Source: Epiperipatus broadwayi (lineage: Eukaryota > Animalia > Onychophora). From it: a stretch of DNA of 64,000 bases. Position 1 is the first letter of the stretch. Every line of letters begins with the position of its first letter. Shown here piece after piece: positions 1 through 14,297 of this stretch. The notes beneath the pieces were generated by a model. The model made no database searches, was not told the origin of the DNA, and saw only the letters and a program-made list of their open reading frames with translations. The stretch covers positions 3,100,001 to 3,164,000 of the forward strand of contig JAQFVV010000009.1 in the NCBI GenBank assembly GCA_028023455.1, given 5' to 3'. The translations under genes and the position numbers were made by a program.

Positions 1-1299
1 AGACTAACTTTAAATAACCAAAACAACTATAGACATTTGATAATTTAAATTAAGGTTTGTAAATTCTTTAAAATTTATCAAACAAAAATTAAAAACAATT
101 AGATTGATCCCAAAAAATATGGCTAAATGAGTCTAAACTTTTTCATATCTCAAAAACATATAATAATTGTAAATTAAACTCCCAAGATATATTGTTTTTA
201 CTTTATAGTGAAAATATTTTGATTATATCTACTAATAATTGTCAATTCCCACAAATAATGAATTATAATTCTATCTTAGTTTATGTATTATTTTTGAATG
301 TCTAAAATTTGGGATTAATCATAAACTTCAAATGTTTCTCAATAAAATAAGTATTTATTTGATTTTATTTATGTAAAGGTAAATAAACATTTAAAATTAT
401 CTAAGGATTGTTATATAAAATCATCACCAACAGATCGCAGGTCATATATATGGCAAAATTTCAAATTGAAAATGCAATAATTTATGAAGTTTTGACTCAA
501 ACACAGATTATTATTAATCCTCACAATAATAGTGATTTGTATTTAGTCATGACTCTTACTTCAAAAACCTTCTATAGTTCATTTATTTAAGATTACTAAT
601 AGAACCAGAAGATAAATGGCATAATTTTGGCATAAAGATACAAATTAAAAGTCAAAACGAATCAGCATTAGTTAAACTGATAATTATAGTACTATGATAA
701 ATACTACAAAAAAGTTAATATATATAGAGGTAATGCCACTCATACTTCACACAAGTTTTTCGGACTGAAAGCCTGGTCATGAAAGTGTAATTTTTTAACA
801 CAATAAGCATTTACAAATGAATTAATAGTTATATATATGTATATATAACAAATTATTACAAGAGATTTTGCAATAAAATCTTGGTAAAATTTAAAATTAT
901 ATATTCTTAATAATTACTATGTTGTTTTTTTTTGAAAGAGCAAAAAAAATAAAAAATATTGCAGCTGTTTGCCTATCCAGCCATTTGTCGCTAAGTCTTG
1001 CACAGATGTATTGAGAATAGTAGAGCACCTTAAATAGTTTATATTTTAGACATAAATTCAGTATATGTATATCTATGATACAATTTGCATCAACAAAAAA
1101 AATAAAATGTAGTTATAAAAAAGACTGAAATAATATACTGAAAACACATTTAAATTACTGTATTAAAGTATGTGCATGTATTCACTTGGTCATATACACA
1201 AAATAAAGCTTATGTTTGCTTTGTGTGTGAAAAGATAAATAAATTTATTGATGTTAAATTCATAAATTTCTTAGCAGCTATTTTCTTATGTTTGCAAAT

Positions 1300-2573
1300 G
1301 CACTGACATTTGCAATATGTCTTAGAAAATTAAAATTATTATTAAAAATGGTTCCTAAAATACAAAGTTAGTAGAGGAACAAGACTGCTACCACTTAGTT
1401 CATATCAATTTCTGTACCTGTAAAACCATTCCTTACAATAAATGGCTAGATATAACTTTTTTCACAGCAAATCCTTTGCACAAATCTTCATCTAGGGTCA
1501 AGACACAATACATTATTGCCTACAGGAATCAGCCACAAATTAAATGCATTTTCACTCTCCATTAAATATTCATTATAATATGATTTCAACAATTTCATTA
1601 TTATTTTGTAAATTAATGACTCTTTATTGAAAATCTGACAACTTCAGCATATTTTATCTTTCAAACTAAATCAATTATTTTAACTTTAACAGACAAATAA
1701 GTATTCACAATTTTTTTCAGACCAAACTAAATTATTAACATCAAATTTACCACAATACTGCATAGCCAACATGGCTAAACTATAACTCATGAACAACACG
1801 CAGCTCTTTGGATGATCCCATGTGGCTCTCAAAACTTTTGGAATAAAAGATATAATTTATATTAGCACAATGTATTTACATTTTATTTTGACGCTAATCA
1901 TACTTTATTCTTTTGTTGTTTAATAATAATTGTCATCAACTTCTATGATTTTATTTTTGTTTTCTAGAAATATAATGCATTGTTCTAACTTGTCACTTCA
2001 GTTTTTGTTTGGACTTTGTCCAGTAATGTTATTGTCAATACTGTTTTAATTTAAATGCCATTGAATGTGTTCTACTTTGACTTTTGAACATCAACTTCGT
2101 CCATTAATTTAATTGAGCAATAAGGGTAATTATTTTAAATTTATATTCAGAAAAATAAAAAGTTATTGCCATAAGTATCATCATTTAAAAGAAAGTTAAC
2201 TAAGTGAATTTTGGGGACAACATATTCTTGTAAATCATTAAACTCAACAATTAGATTTGTAAAATCAAAACATCGAACATACCTGAAGAATGAAAATCTT
2301 ACCATGCTACTGCATGATTTGTTAATAAACTTTAAGTTAAATTGTAATGTTCTTGCTATTCAGATACAATCATATGTGAATAGTATTTTTTTATTGATTT
2401 TGTTCTCACACTAATTTTGTTCTCTTGATTTTTTTGTACAATTAATAAATTTTATTAATAAAAAAAAATCAAATATTTATTTCTATTGAATACTTCAAAA
2501 ATTTAATTGCAGCTCTTGAATATATCATAATTTTAACATGTGGCTCTTGTAGACATGAAGTTTGGCGACCCCT
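1300..2573 (-). mobile_element. Highly decayed hAT (Buster/SPIN-like) transposon remnant
   Basis: Terminus AGGGGTCGCCAAACTT at 2573-2558 resembles hAT TIRs. The subterminal GAGCCACATG motif recurs near 1820 and 2540. No intact ORF. Confidence 0.35.
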
Positions 2574-3150
2574 TTTATATAGCAACTAATTGGGCTTGGG
2601 CCTCGACACTTCCCATTCATTTGATTTTTGAAATACCACTAATACTTATGAGAGAATATTGAAATTTGTTTGAAAATGATTAAAAACACAAAGCTTTCTC
2701 ATGTTTTGACATACAAAAATTAGCATATATCACTAACATATTATATAAGAGTTGATTTTGGTTAATTTTAAAGCACCTTTAATGCCCTTTCAATTGATAT
2801 GTTGTTGAAATTAAAATTTACCTTAGCAATAAATTTTTTTCCATTAGTTTTCAAAATTCTGGTTTTGAAAATCTCATAAACAACACCTTCAATTTTTAAT
2901 TTCAGAAATTTCATAAGATTATATTTAAATTTTCATCATGGAATAAGCTTGGCATCATATTTTTAAAGATCTGTAGAAACCGACTTACACTTCATCAGTA
3001 GTAGATTATCATAATGTTGGGTTCTTTGTAATATTTTATACTTAGTTATAATTAAATAAATGCGGATTTATACTATGAAATGCTGTTTGCTTAGTTTGCC
3101 ATTGTGAAAATCACATTTTGAATCGGGTTTCTGATATTGTTTAGGGATTG

Positions 3151-3400
3151 AATGAGATAAAAAGAACATTTTTGTTTCTATGAGGATCTAGGTGAAAGAA
3201 TGCATATGGAAATTTAATATATTATTGCAGAAAAACTCCCTTTCTCTGGGTTATTCTATTGACAAGCCAATGCCATTTGCTTTAAAGATGAGACTAGGCC
3301 AATGAGATAAAATGAACATACTTTTGTTTTTATGAGAATCTAAGTGAAAGAGCGCATATTGACAAACCAATGCCATTTGTTTTAGAGATGAGACTAGGCC
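3151..3400. repeat. Local tandem duplication, ~100-bp period
   Basis: AATGAGATAAAA...GCATAT at 3151 and 3301. TTGACAA(G/A)CCAATGCCATTTG...GAGACTAGGCC at 3259 and 3359. Confidence 0.8.
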
Positions 3401-3687
3401 TGTAGAAGCTGGCACTTATCATTTTCATAACCTTATTTCACAGGTTTGATAAAGAAAATTTTGCTACAATGAGTCATTTATAATACTACTATTAAAATTT
3501 TTACAATATAATAAAAAACATATTTTAATATATTTGGGGGAAAAAAACCTAAAAACTTGCCACTTGTTTTATTTTAAATTATTCATTTTCAGAGCTTCCA
3601 ACATATGGTACAAACAATATGGCTGACTAATTTATCGTATTCAATATTTACATTTTTTTTATTTATTAAAATGATAAAAAAACACTA

Positions 3688-5046
3688 AAGTCCATAGAAT
3701 TATAATTAAAAACTTTAATTAAAATGCAGTAAAAAAAAAATAAAACATGATTAAGAAACTATAACAAAGTGTGGACAGACATCACTTTTCATGTGAGTAA
3801 TATCCATAATTTTGAAAATATTTCACTGAATCCATAAAATCCAAAAGGTTGTAATTAACTTTTTTTTTTTTAATGTAAACATCTCAGTAAACTCACAAAC
3901 AATGTTTTGGAGCCTTCTAACCATGTTTCTTTCCAAACAAGCGCTTAGAACCTGTTCACACATGACACCACTATTGTATCCCTATTCACATCTAAAGTGT
4001 AATATCACACCCATTATCACATATTTTTCAGGCAGATACACTGCTGTAATTTTGAAAATATTCCACTGCATCTTGTTCTGTCGATGAAAGATTCCAAATT
4101 TTAATCATATTTCCAAAAGTGATAGGGCAAAAAAAAAAAAAAAATGTTAAAAGAAATCACCATGTGATAACAAATGTCAATAAAAAAAATGTTAATTTTA
4201 ATCACGTGTTATCCATTTGTCATTTGGATGTTATGATGTGAATAGAATTTATTAAAAAATGTATTCGACTTTTTTAAAGTTAACAAGCTAACCATGTTCG
4301 AGAAAAAAAAATGTAAACAAATACTTCGATCCTGAAATTGTTTAATTTTTTTTTCTCGAACATGGATAGTTTGTTAACTTTAAAAAATATTAATATATTC
4401 AAAATTGAATATTAATTTTAAAAAAATTCAAATACATTTTTTAATAAATCCCATTCACAACATAACATTCAAATGTTAACAAGAGGTGAACAGATAACAC
4501 ATGCTTAAAATTAACATCATTTTTTTGTTAACATTTGTTAACACATGGCAATTTGATTTTAATATTTTTTTTGCCATATCATTTTTGGAAATATGATTAA
4601 AATTTGTAATCTTTCATCAACAAACAAGATGCAGTGGAATATTTTCAAAATTACAGAACAGTGCCTACCTGAAAAGTATGTGATAATGGCCATGATATTA
4701 TATTTTATGTGTGAATCGAGATGCAATAGTGGTGTCATTTGCAAACATGTTCTAAGTGCCTATCTATTTGGAAAGGAACATGGTTAGAAGTCTCCAAAAT
4801 ACCGTTTGTGAGCGCACTGAGATTAATTTACAGCTGGTATAGTGAATTTACATTAAAATATTTTTTAATTACAACCCTTTGGATTTTTATGTGTTTCAGT
4901 TGAATAATTTTAAAATTAAAGAATAGTGCTAACCAAAAAAGTAATGTCTCCGCAACTTTGTTATAGTCTGTTTAATCATGTTTTCTTTTTATTTTCTTTA
5001 CTATATTTACATTAAAAAAGTTGTTAATTACAACCCTTTGGACTTT
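3688..5046. mobile_element. ~1.35-kb foldback/MITE-like palindromic element
   Basis: 3730-4180 is the imperfect reverse complement of 4540-4990 (ORFs 3902+ and 4559- translate to near-identical peptides). Inner parts 4180-4320 and 4340-4540 are also inverted. Internal subrepeats are present. Confidence 0.8.
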
Positions 5047-5479
5047 TGTGTTTATTATTTTAATAAATAAAAGGTAAATAATGAATATGATAACTTAGCC
5101 ATACTGCTTATACCATATGTTGGAAGACCCTGAAAATGGATAATTGAAAATGAAATGGGTGGCAAGATTTCTAGCAGGTAAACTAAGTAAGTACCAAAAC
5201 TTGTCAATTTTCTCACTGAAATATTACAATTTGGGCATGCTTATTAAGTAATTTTGTATTATAGGGGTAAGCAAATACATGACAAATATTGAAAAAAATT
5301 AAAATACATGCTTCTGAAGAAATGAGCTTTCAAGTATATACTGCCCAAATATACTTAAATGTTAAAAAAAACAAAAAACATTAAAATGAATACAATTGTT
5401 CCTAGTCTAAAAACTAAATTAGTTCTGGATTCATCACAAAAAAAAAAAAAGAGAAAAGTTTGATAGAAATGTTATTGCA

Positions 5480-7130
5480 ATTGAATAAATTTGCATGAAC
5501 TTTGTAAATTCCTTAGTGCAACAATTGACAATTCTAATAATTCTATCTTATATTGGTCTGCTTCTAAGATTTAGAAAGTTTGATGTTAGTAATTACATGG
5601 CTAGAGCTGTGAAAAAATTAAAGCATGGAAAAAATTTGGCAGTAAATGAGGAAAAACTATTGACAAAAAGATTACAGCTCTAGATAATAAAAAAATTGTA
5701 TCAGTAATAAGATCAGTAAAGTTATGACAAATAAGAAATATTTCAGTCAGAGATAGAAATGATATTAAAAAAAATTAGTGCTAGACAATTTATGTGAATG
5801 TCACCAGACTTTTAAAAACCAGTATCCTGAAAAACAAAATTGAATTTTCCAAATTTTGTAAGTTGTACTCAAAACAAAAGTGAGACACATACAATATGTG
5901 TATAACACATCTAAACATAAAATTAGTAATGAGTGAATAATAATTGGGATAGTTGAATGTTGGAAAATTTATCCATTTAACTTTCTAAACATAAATTTAA
6001 TGAAAATAATGTGCAACCAGCACATTCACAATGGCATATGAATGAGTGTAGAGAATGCTCTGGCTTTAATTTGTTAAAAGTTCATTAATACAAATTTGAG
6101 GCTGATTTTGTTGATGATAATATTTTTTTAAAAATAATATTTACGGATTGCTGTATGCTACAGCCTATAAATAAGAATCAGAAAAATTTATTGATATTTT
6201 TTTTGTAAAGATTTATTTGGAGGATACTTTTAGTCAGGAGGATGTTGTTAGAATTTTTTAGAAAACTTGATTTCACAAAATGAAGTCTTTTTCACTGGAC
6301 AGATATGCTGGTAACAGTATACTCACTTGTGTATTGCTGATAAGTGAAATTAAAATATATTAATTTTGTGACCATTTTACATCACACAATTGCTTTTTGT
6401 ATATTTAACATAAACAAGATCAGCATTTTTAATATTCATCTTATGATAATAAAAGAGTTGTGTGTGTCAGAGAAAACTGTCAAGTGGTTTGTTACCAAAA
6501 CTAATTTTCAAAATCTTATAATAATCTGATCATGACTCCAAATGAATTTTTTAAAATTCCCAAAGCAAACAATTCCAGACATTCACTTTAAATAGTCCAT
6601 CAATGAAGATCATAAGATCTGTGAAACAAAATTAGTTTTAAGATTTCAAAGAACAAAAGTCATTGCTGAAATATAAAAGATTTGCTGTATCTTGCCAAAG
6701 TCACAATCTTTTTTTATTCATAGAGCAATAATAAAATTGTCTATGCTGTGTATGAAAATATTTCTGAAAACATTTCATTTGATATCTATAGTATCTTCAT
6801 GTTATATTACTGTTAAATGTAATAAATCACAGTGGTTGATTTGTATTCTTGCTAAATATGATATTGATAAATTAAGTCAATTTTCTTTTTCTGCAAAAAT
6901 CTTCATTTGTTTTTATTGATGACGCAGATATCAAAAACATTCCAGCTGATACAAAAATTAATTTGTTGAGCCCTGTTACTTCAACCAGTCATGTATATAT
7001 TTTGAATGAAAATGGTAACTCAATACTAACTTTTCTATCAATTAGATTTTTAAAAAATGAATTAAACTCTAATTAAGAAAGACTTCAAATATTGTGTTCT
7101 CAATAAACGTTTGTATTTAGAAACTATAAG
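5480..7130 (+). mobile_element. Decayed DNA-transposase pseudogene, Sola2-like
   Basis: Frameshifted peptides FKNQYPE/KIEFSKFCKLYSK near 5810-5870, a TH.ICV motif, FFT-DRYAGN (compare SDGCAGQYKN) near 6290, and NFQNL..LIMTPNEFFK near 6500. The superfamily assignment is from memory. Confidence 0.45.
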
Positions 7131-10100
7131 ATTAAGAGAATCATAAAGTAATGTATGCTAACTGAATTTGGTGAGATTTAAAACTTGCAAGTTTTACTTT
7201 AAACAAGTAGTTTTTATTTACCTCATGAATTTTATTTGATATATATAAAATTTTAAAAAAAACAACAATAATATAAATTATACACATTAAAATTTGTAAT
7301 TATAATCAAGTTCAGAAAAAAAATCAATGTGTGTGTCAGTAACATATAGTAAAGGCAATGGGTTTTTTTAATTATGCACTGAGTGGCAATATGTGTAGAG
7401 AATTTTGCCTGTTTTAATGAAAATTTGGATATAGGTTTGGAAATATCTGAATTTATTTATTTATTTTTTTTTTTAAAAAAAAGATAGTAGTGTTTCCGAC
7501 TCAGATTTTCAAAAATAAAAACTTTAAGGACTAATGATTTTTTTTTTATCTTACTATCAAATAAAAAAATATTAGAAGTACTTTAAAATGAACTAAAACC
7601 AGTCTTTATCACATAAGATATTGATTTATAACAATTTTAGATTTATCAAAACATGGAGAATTTCAAGTTTGATAATTTTCAAAATTCTGTATAAAAAAAA
7701 AAAAAATCTACGATTCCAAAACTACCAAAAATCTGAATTTCTATATTCTTTATACCAAGAACCGAATGAATCTAAATTTGAAAATTCAAAATTACCATTT
7801 CGTTGGCTGCTATATATGAAATGATCCAATTATAACAATGAGTATAAGATTCAGTGTGCAAAATAAGAAAATGCCACTACTAATAGCTAAGTAAGACATG
7901 CAAAATTTCTAAATTTCTGATTTTTTACTTTTTCAATCAATTTTTTTTTTTTTTAATTATAAAAAAACTATGTTTTGAAAGATAATATAAATACTGTGCA
8001 CTAAAATAATTTAAAATTATTATTATGCCTGCCTTCAAAATTACAAATATAATTTTTTTTTATATATAATTTATTTATTATATTGAAAGTATTATACAAT
8101 TACTATATTTTTTTAGTATTTTGACTAGATAATTTAGATAAAGTTAGTCCTGAATTATTGTTTACTTTGTATACTGGTTTTCAGAGATCTCAGAAAAACA
8201 AGATTGAACTGGGATAGATCATTCTACAGTGGATGGATTGAAAGTGATAAGTGAATTTTAGTTTTGGGCTTTGAATTTGATGTTCAATATTTTAACATGT
8301 ACTGAAATAAGCTTTATTAGATTTCATAATGGCTAATACAACCATTTTCTTTCAATCAATATCATATGATTAAAGAGGCTTATAAATATCTCAACAAAAA
8401 TATTTAAAATAAAATGTCTAACTATTCTAAATATATCACTATGATCAACTAATTCATAAGAGCAATTTTTATTATAGTAAAAGATTTTTAATAACTTTAG
8501 AGAAATATTTAGTAAATGATTTTATATTTATTTTTAAAGCTGCTAATATAGGATATGGACATAGTAAAGAATTATTTACTGTTTTAAACCCAAGAAATGA
8601 TTTATAAAACCTTAACTCAATGGAAATTTGTCATTTTATTTGTGCCTCTTATATCTTGCATCTGTTAATGGACAAAAATTAAATAAAAGCTAATAATTAT
8701 TTATAGCTGAATTAATCATTATTAGTTTTTTTTCATTCTTTAGGTATTTTCTTTTATCATAAGGGCTCCTATCATAATGAGCCTTTGCAAAACTGATATT
8801 GATTAGCAATGCAGTATTATGAGAGCTAATTAGTTCAAAATCATCCAAATCATTATTTTGTATACTGAATACACAACTCTCCAGTGCTTATTGAATGGAG
8901 AATTGATTAATAATGTTAAGAATTCCAAAGATCTACTTGATTTACTGGCTGAGTAATTAATGTTACGCTACTAATAAAGTCCCAGTTCCATATTGTTTCA
9001 GATTATAGTATGATAGATCTCGAGATATAAAAGTTTCCCAAAGATCTGTTGCTAGTGTTGAAGTGAACCTTGCAATATGTAATACTACTAACTATTGATT
9101 CTTTCAATTTTTCAGAGAATTTCCACATTTATTAAAGATTTTAATGTTTACTGTTCCTGGAACTATTTTAGTAAAGAGGAATTGTGAAGATCATTAAGCT
9201 GTGATCATATTTCATGTTCTTTTAAAATAAAATCTCTTCCTTGCCGGTATAAATCTAAATTTGCAAAGTTTATAGAAAACAAGAATATAGTATATTTTTA
9301 ATAATAGAAACTTCTAATTCATTAAGTTCAAAGAAAATGTCAGTAAAAATAGTTATTGCTTTATATGAAGAGCACTATTAACACTATAAGCATCAAGTGG
9401 CAGAACAGAGTTTAATCAATGCAGTTAGTGTTTGTGTAATTTATTTATTTTTATTTTATACAAAGTGTTGTAAAATCACCATATTTGTTATTATTTAATT
9501 CCTCTATTTTATATTCCTTCCCCTAACCTAACCTAACAAAGTTATCACATGCATTACTTTAGTTCATTCAAAACAATAAGATTTTATATTTTCTTTGGTA
9601 TCAACCTGAAATCCTCAGATATTTGTACTTGCAATCCAATCCTTGGATTGATATTTTTGATAAAATTCTAGGATGTTAGGATTACTGACTCAGCATATTT
9701 CAATTAACAAGTACAATATTGTTAATCTGGTTAACTTTTAATATCAAGGCACAATCATATCAGCCATGCTAATGTGCAATGAATAAAAATTTGTGTAAAC
9801 AACACAATGAAACTGCACATTTACATTATATAATCACTGCAATTGCTGTTTTCACAATACTATACTAAAATCTCAATATTTTGTGCTTATTTTGAACATT
9901 TAAGTGAAACAAGAAAGCTGTCAAACAAAAGTTTTCAATTTTATTGATTCATGAAATGGATGAAGTGTCAAAAAAAAAAAAATTAGACCAGAAAAATACT
10001 TTCATATCTGTATTTATAAACATTTTCCAATAAATAGATATTTAAACTTTATTACTCTTTTGTGAAAGCATTTACAAATCTTTTCAACTAATTTAAACGT

Positions 10101-13100
10101 TATAATTCTTTAGTAATAAACATGTATTTCTTTTATGAAACATTTATAAATGTTCTTTTTCACATGTATGAAAATCTTTTAGCACTGTTTATTAAATTTA
10201 TTAACTATCTCTTTATAAGTCATCATCCAACTGCCTTAGCAGATAATGGCAAGATAATTAATTTAATTAAATAAAGATGGAAATTAGAGATTTTTATCAG
10301 TTCCAAAAATTATTTAATATTAATTAATGCTGTTTAATAATTCTGTCAAATGTGTATAATCCAAAAACTTAAATGTAAATATTTAAAAATTACTTATTTG
10401 ATGCACAAAAAAATATCAAAACTATCAACTTCACCTCATTAAAATGTTTTTAAAAAATTATAACAAAACACTATTCTTCACAAGCATAATAATCAATAAA
10501 TTTAAACTAATTTTTATTTATATAATAAACTTCAACTAATACTCTATAATAATTACCATTTAAATTTTGTTTGACAACTATTATGTGACTTATTTAAATC
10601 TAGCAAAATCACTAATATGGCAAGACTTGTAACTTTAAGGTTGTCAGATTAATAGTATTCCATAAGGATTAATTTTATATATACATATCTGAGTGTAGCA
10701 GTCATATACATCTATGAATATTAATATAGAATTAAAATTAAGTATAGTTAAACCAGTAAAAAATTTAATTTTTTAAGTCATATCAACAGAATGAACACAA
10801 TTTACAAAAATAACTATCCAACTTATTTATCAAAAACAGGATCACTTTAACTTTTGTATTTGCCTTCCTTTTACTAAATATAATTTTGCCATTTCTTTAA
10901 ACTCATCCTAAGAATGTTCAAAATTTCTGGACTTCTTAATCTACAGTTCAAGTTACACAGCCTGTACATTAATTATTTGCTATGTAATGTAGAGTTTCTT
11001 CTGCAATATTTTCTTTTTGTATGGGTAATAAAGGCTTTACACTGCTATCTTTTGATTTATAATCACCAGATGAATAGTTATTTCTTATATAATGTATATT
11101 ATTTAATTTATTTGGTATTTTTTATGACTTTCACATACTCAAAATACTATAAAAAAATTGGGGTATGTGAACAGTAGTCCAGACTTTTTGACTGATGTAA
11201 GAAAATTAGCAAATACACTTTTTAAACTTGATAATGATTTTTCACATTGTGAGATCCAAAATTATTATATACAATAACGATAAACCTAACTCTATCCTAT
11301 TCCTTCTGATTACATTCCAAAAAAGACATTATGATTGCAAGCTGGTATACATTACCTTAATCAAATTAATTCTTAAATATTGCAAATATTAATCTATTAC
11401 AAAAAAAAAAAAATTTCTTCAGGATTTCTGCAATCCTGGAGATTATAATTCAATCAATCATCAAGATCAAAAAACTCCAGATTTTGTGATTACACTTTGT
11501 TTATCCAATACATTTACTTGAATCATAAATATTGTGAACATTGAAACCCATTTTTAATTTATTCATAAGATAATTCTGAAATTTTTAAATGAACATTTTA
11601 ATAATGATAGTATCATACAATTATATACTGCACTTAGTTCTCGTAAATAAATTATAAGATATAAAAAAAAATCATAGATCAATATCTCTATTTTTGCTAA
11701 TTAGAGCTTATACCGATGAAACTAAAGGCACTGATCTACGACCCTTGCAGTTGTTTTCTATTCACCAGAAAATGACAACATTAAAATATTAATCTTATTC
11801 AAAATTTACAAATGTACCTTTTGCCATATGCATAAAGTCAAAAAAAATAACTTCTAAGCTAAGAACTGAATAATCAAAAAGAAAAAAATCCAAATAATTA
11901 ATTTTAACAATATATCAGACTTTTTAGCAATTATGCAGGTAATATGATGATTAATTGATATTAGTGATGTAATTTTTATGTAAGGCAGATAGATAAATGT
12001 ATTAAATGCACCACATTTTGATTTCTAGTTTTACTTCAGATATGGTCTTTACAAAAAAAAAAAAGATCAGTATTTATTCCTATATAAAAATGAAATATCT
12101 CTACATATACACCATTGGATATACTGTATATTAATGGTAGAATTAATTTTAAATGTAATTTTAAAAGCTACATAAATTGTTTTAACATTTGCTCTAACAG
12201 AATAAATCAAATTATTGAAATTATTTATGTTGATAAATGCATTGTTTATCATTATAGAATAAAAAACATCATCACTGCAATCATTGCTCACAGGTAACTT
12301 TAGCCCCACCCCTCTTTAAATCATGATATTCAAATATTAATTAAGATAATCCATTAATTTCTTTTCTTAATATTTTACAAGATTATTTCTCTCATTTACC
12401 TTATTTCCTACTTTTAAATATCAATTTCCTTTTTCCTTGCTCTAATTTTTTCATTATAAATCCTTTTTCTATTTATTATTATAAACAGGAGACAAAAGTT
12501 TCATATACATTGCTTCTATGAAGATATTGAAAGTAAGCAGTCAAAATCATGTGAGGCACTATTTGGCATATACCATTCTTGCCAAAGGGGTAAAAGGCAT
12601 CCGAAAATAATTACTGATCTAGTATTAAGACAATACAAGCAAGTTATTAAAGCTAAGGGTAAATCAATTTTTTTTTCCTTGTTACTGCAGTTACCTATAA
12701 AATTTTACTTAATATTCCAGTTTAATAATGGCAAGCATAGATCACATGAGCATGAAATGAATCAAAATACTTCAGATTATCTACTTCAGTGAAAATATTT
12801 TAGTTCAAAATCATCTGAATCTAAATTCCATTTTTTTATTTTAATTTGCAATAAATTTGTAAATCCCTATATATATATTTTGGTATCAATTCACTGATGA
12901 AGACAAAAAAAATTTATGATTTTATCCCTTTTTTTTTTTTCCTGATATCCATTAGCTAACATGCCTTTATATATGTCACAGATTCATTTTACCTCTAATG
13001 TTCTCAATATATCTCTTTATTACTTATATATTCATTTTATTTGACATTTCTTTAGATTTTATGTATCTCACAATGTATAAACCTGATTATTTAATATATC

Positions 13101-13296
13101 TTTCACTAATTCAATCCAATTAGACTATATTACTGCCATTATGTCAAATATTATGCTTACAATTACTAATTTATTAATAAGATTACTGAGATGGATTAAA
13201 AATTAATTTCAGTCTTTAATAAAAATCAATATATGAATCCATTGTGTTGATATAACTATATACCTGAAAAATCATAAAATTTCTAAATAAGATTAA

Positions 13297-13580
13297 TAAT
13301 AATCAGCTATTAAGCTAATGCACATGCGCTTTGAAGATTGAAATTATAAATGAATACTCTCAATTTCCAAACACAAGATAAAGTCTTTTTGCAAAGATAG
13401 AATGAATCCATCTATCTTTTCTTACCCAAACATTTATGTATGGGCAAATCTTAAACATTTGAAAATGAGAGCGTGAGATATTAAATAATCACTTTAAATT
13501 ACTTTTACTATCATTATTTTTACTTTTTTATTATTTAAATCTTCAAAGTGCACGTGCATTAGCTTAATAGCTGATTATTA
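13297..13580. mobile_element. MITE-like element with ~43-bp TIRs
   Basis: TAATAATCAGCTATTAAGCTAATGCACATGCGCTTTGAAGATT and its near-perfect reverse complement at 13538-13580. Confidence 0.75.
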
Positions 13581-14114
13581 CTACTCTTTATAAAACATAG
13601 CGCTATATAAAATATTATTTCATTACTAAATAAGATTGTAAATTCTTTTTATCATCTTATTTTAAAATGCTGCTTTTAAAAACTGGACATCCAATATAAT
13701 TTTTCTGATCTTGAGTTCATGCCTGTATTTTATAAGCCATACGAGTCCAATCTGTGACATTATTTATCCAGTTCAATCTCTGCCTTTTTTATGCTTATTT
13801 CCTTTAATAATAGTTTTTTAATCTTTGATGTCTTAGTAAATTAAAACTATTTTAGTAGACTTGCCATCCTCATCACTACTGTTATGGTTTTTTTAATTAT
13901 TGACAATATTCTTAAAATTTAATTCTCCAACCAATATATCCAAGTAGAAATGAAAGAGGTCATTTTATTACCTTTCAGACTAGTCATAAATAGTCTGAAA
14001 AATATGAAATTTTATTTACTTTAAGTTATAAGTTAAATGATGTCAAAACTTTTTTGATTAATTCTGTCATATTTACTTAATACTATTATTTGGGTGATTG
14101 AATGAAGTAGTAAA

Positions 14115-14297
14115 ATGGCTCAATTTCCATGAATTATGGCTTCAACTACACTAACTCATGTGCTTGAACTTTTGTCCTGTATGGATTAGGCCAAATAGTA
14201 GAGGGGAAACTGAAGCTTAAAATCCATAGATCATTTAAAGTTCAGTTCTGCCATTTCCACTGCTTGAATTTATGAATTCCCAAACAATAAACCATTT
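14115..14297 (-). repeat. Copy of interspersed repeat family R (AATGGTTTATTG...CCATGGATCTTGAACTCC)
   Basis: Homologous by eye to 16791-16977 (-), 17232-17465 (+) and 29575-29675 (+). Confidence 0.65.

Noticed and set aside
961-1040. GC-richer stretch resembling a minus-strand exon
   Set aside because: No frame matches Yorkie or any protein I recognise.
8700-11300. Faint hAT C-terminal and LINE RT-like traces
   Set aside because: Too degraded to define boundaries or family by eye.
2960-12920. CTGATGA/CTGAAGA heptamers at about 2283, 2995, 5314 and 12895 (also 30900, 44451)
   Set aside because: No stem II plus GAAA or no stem I; expected by chance.
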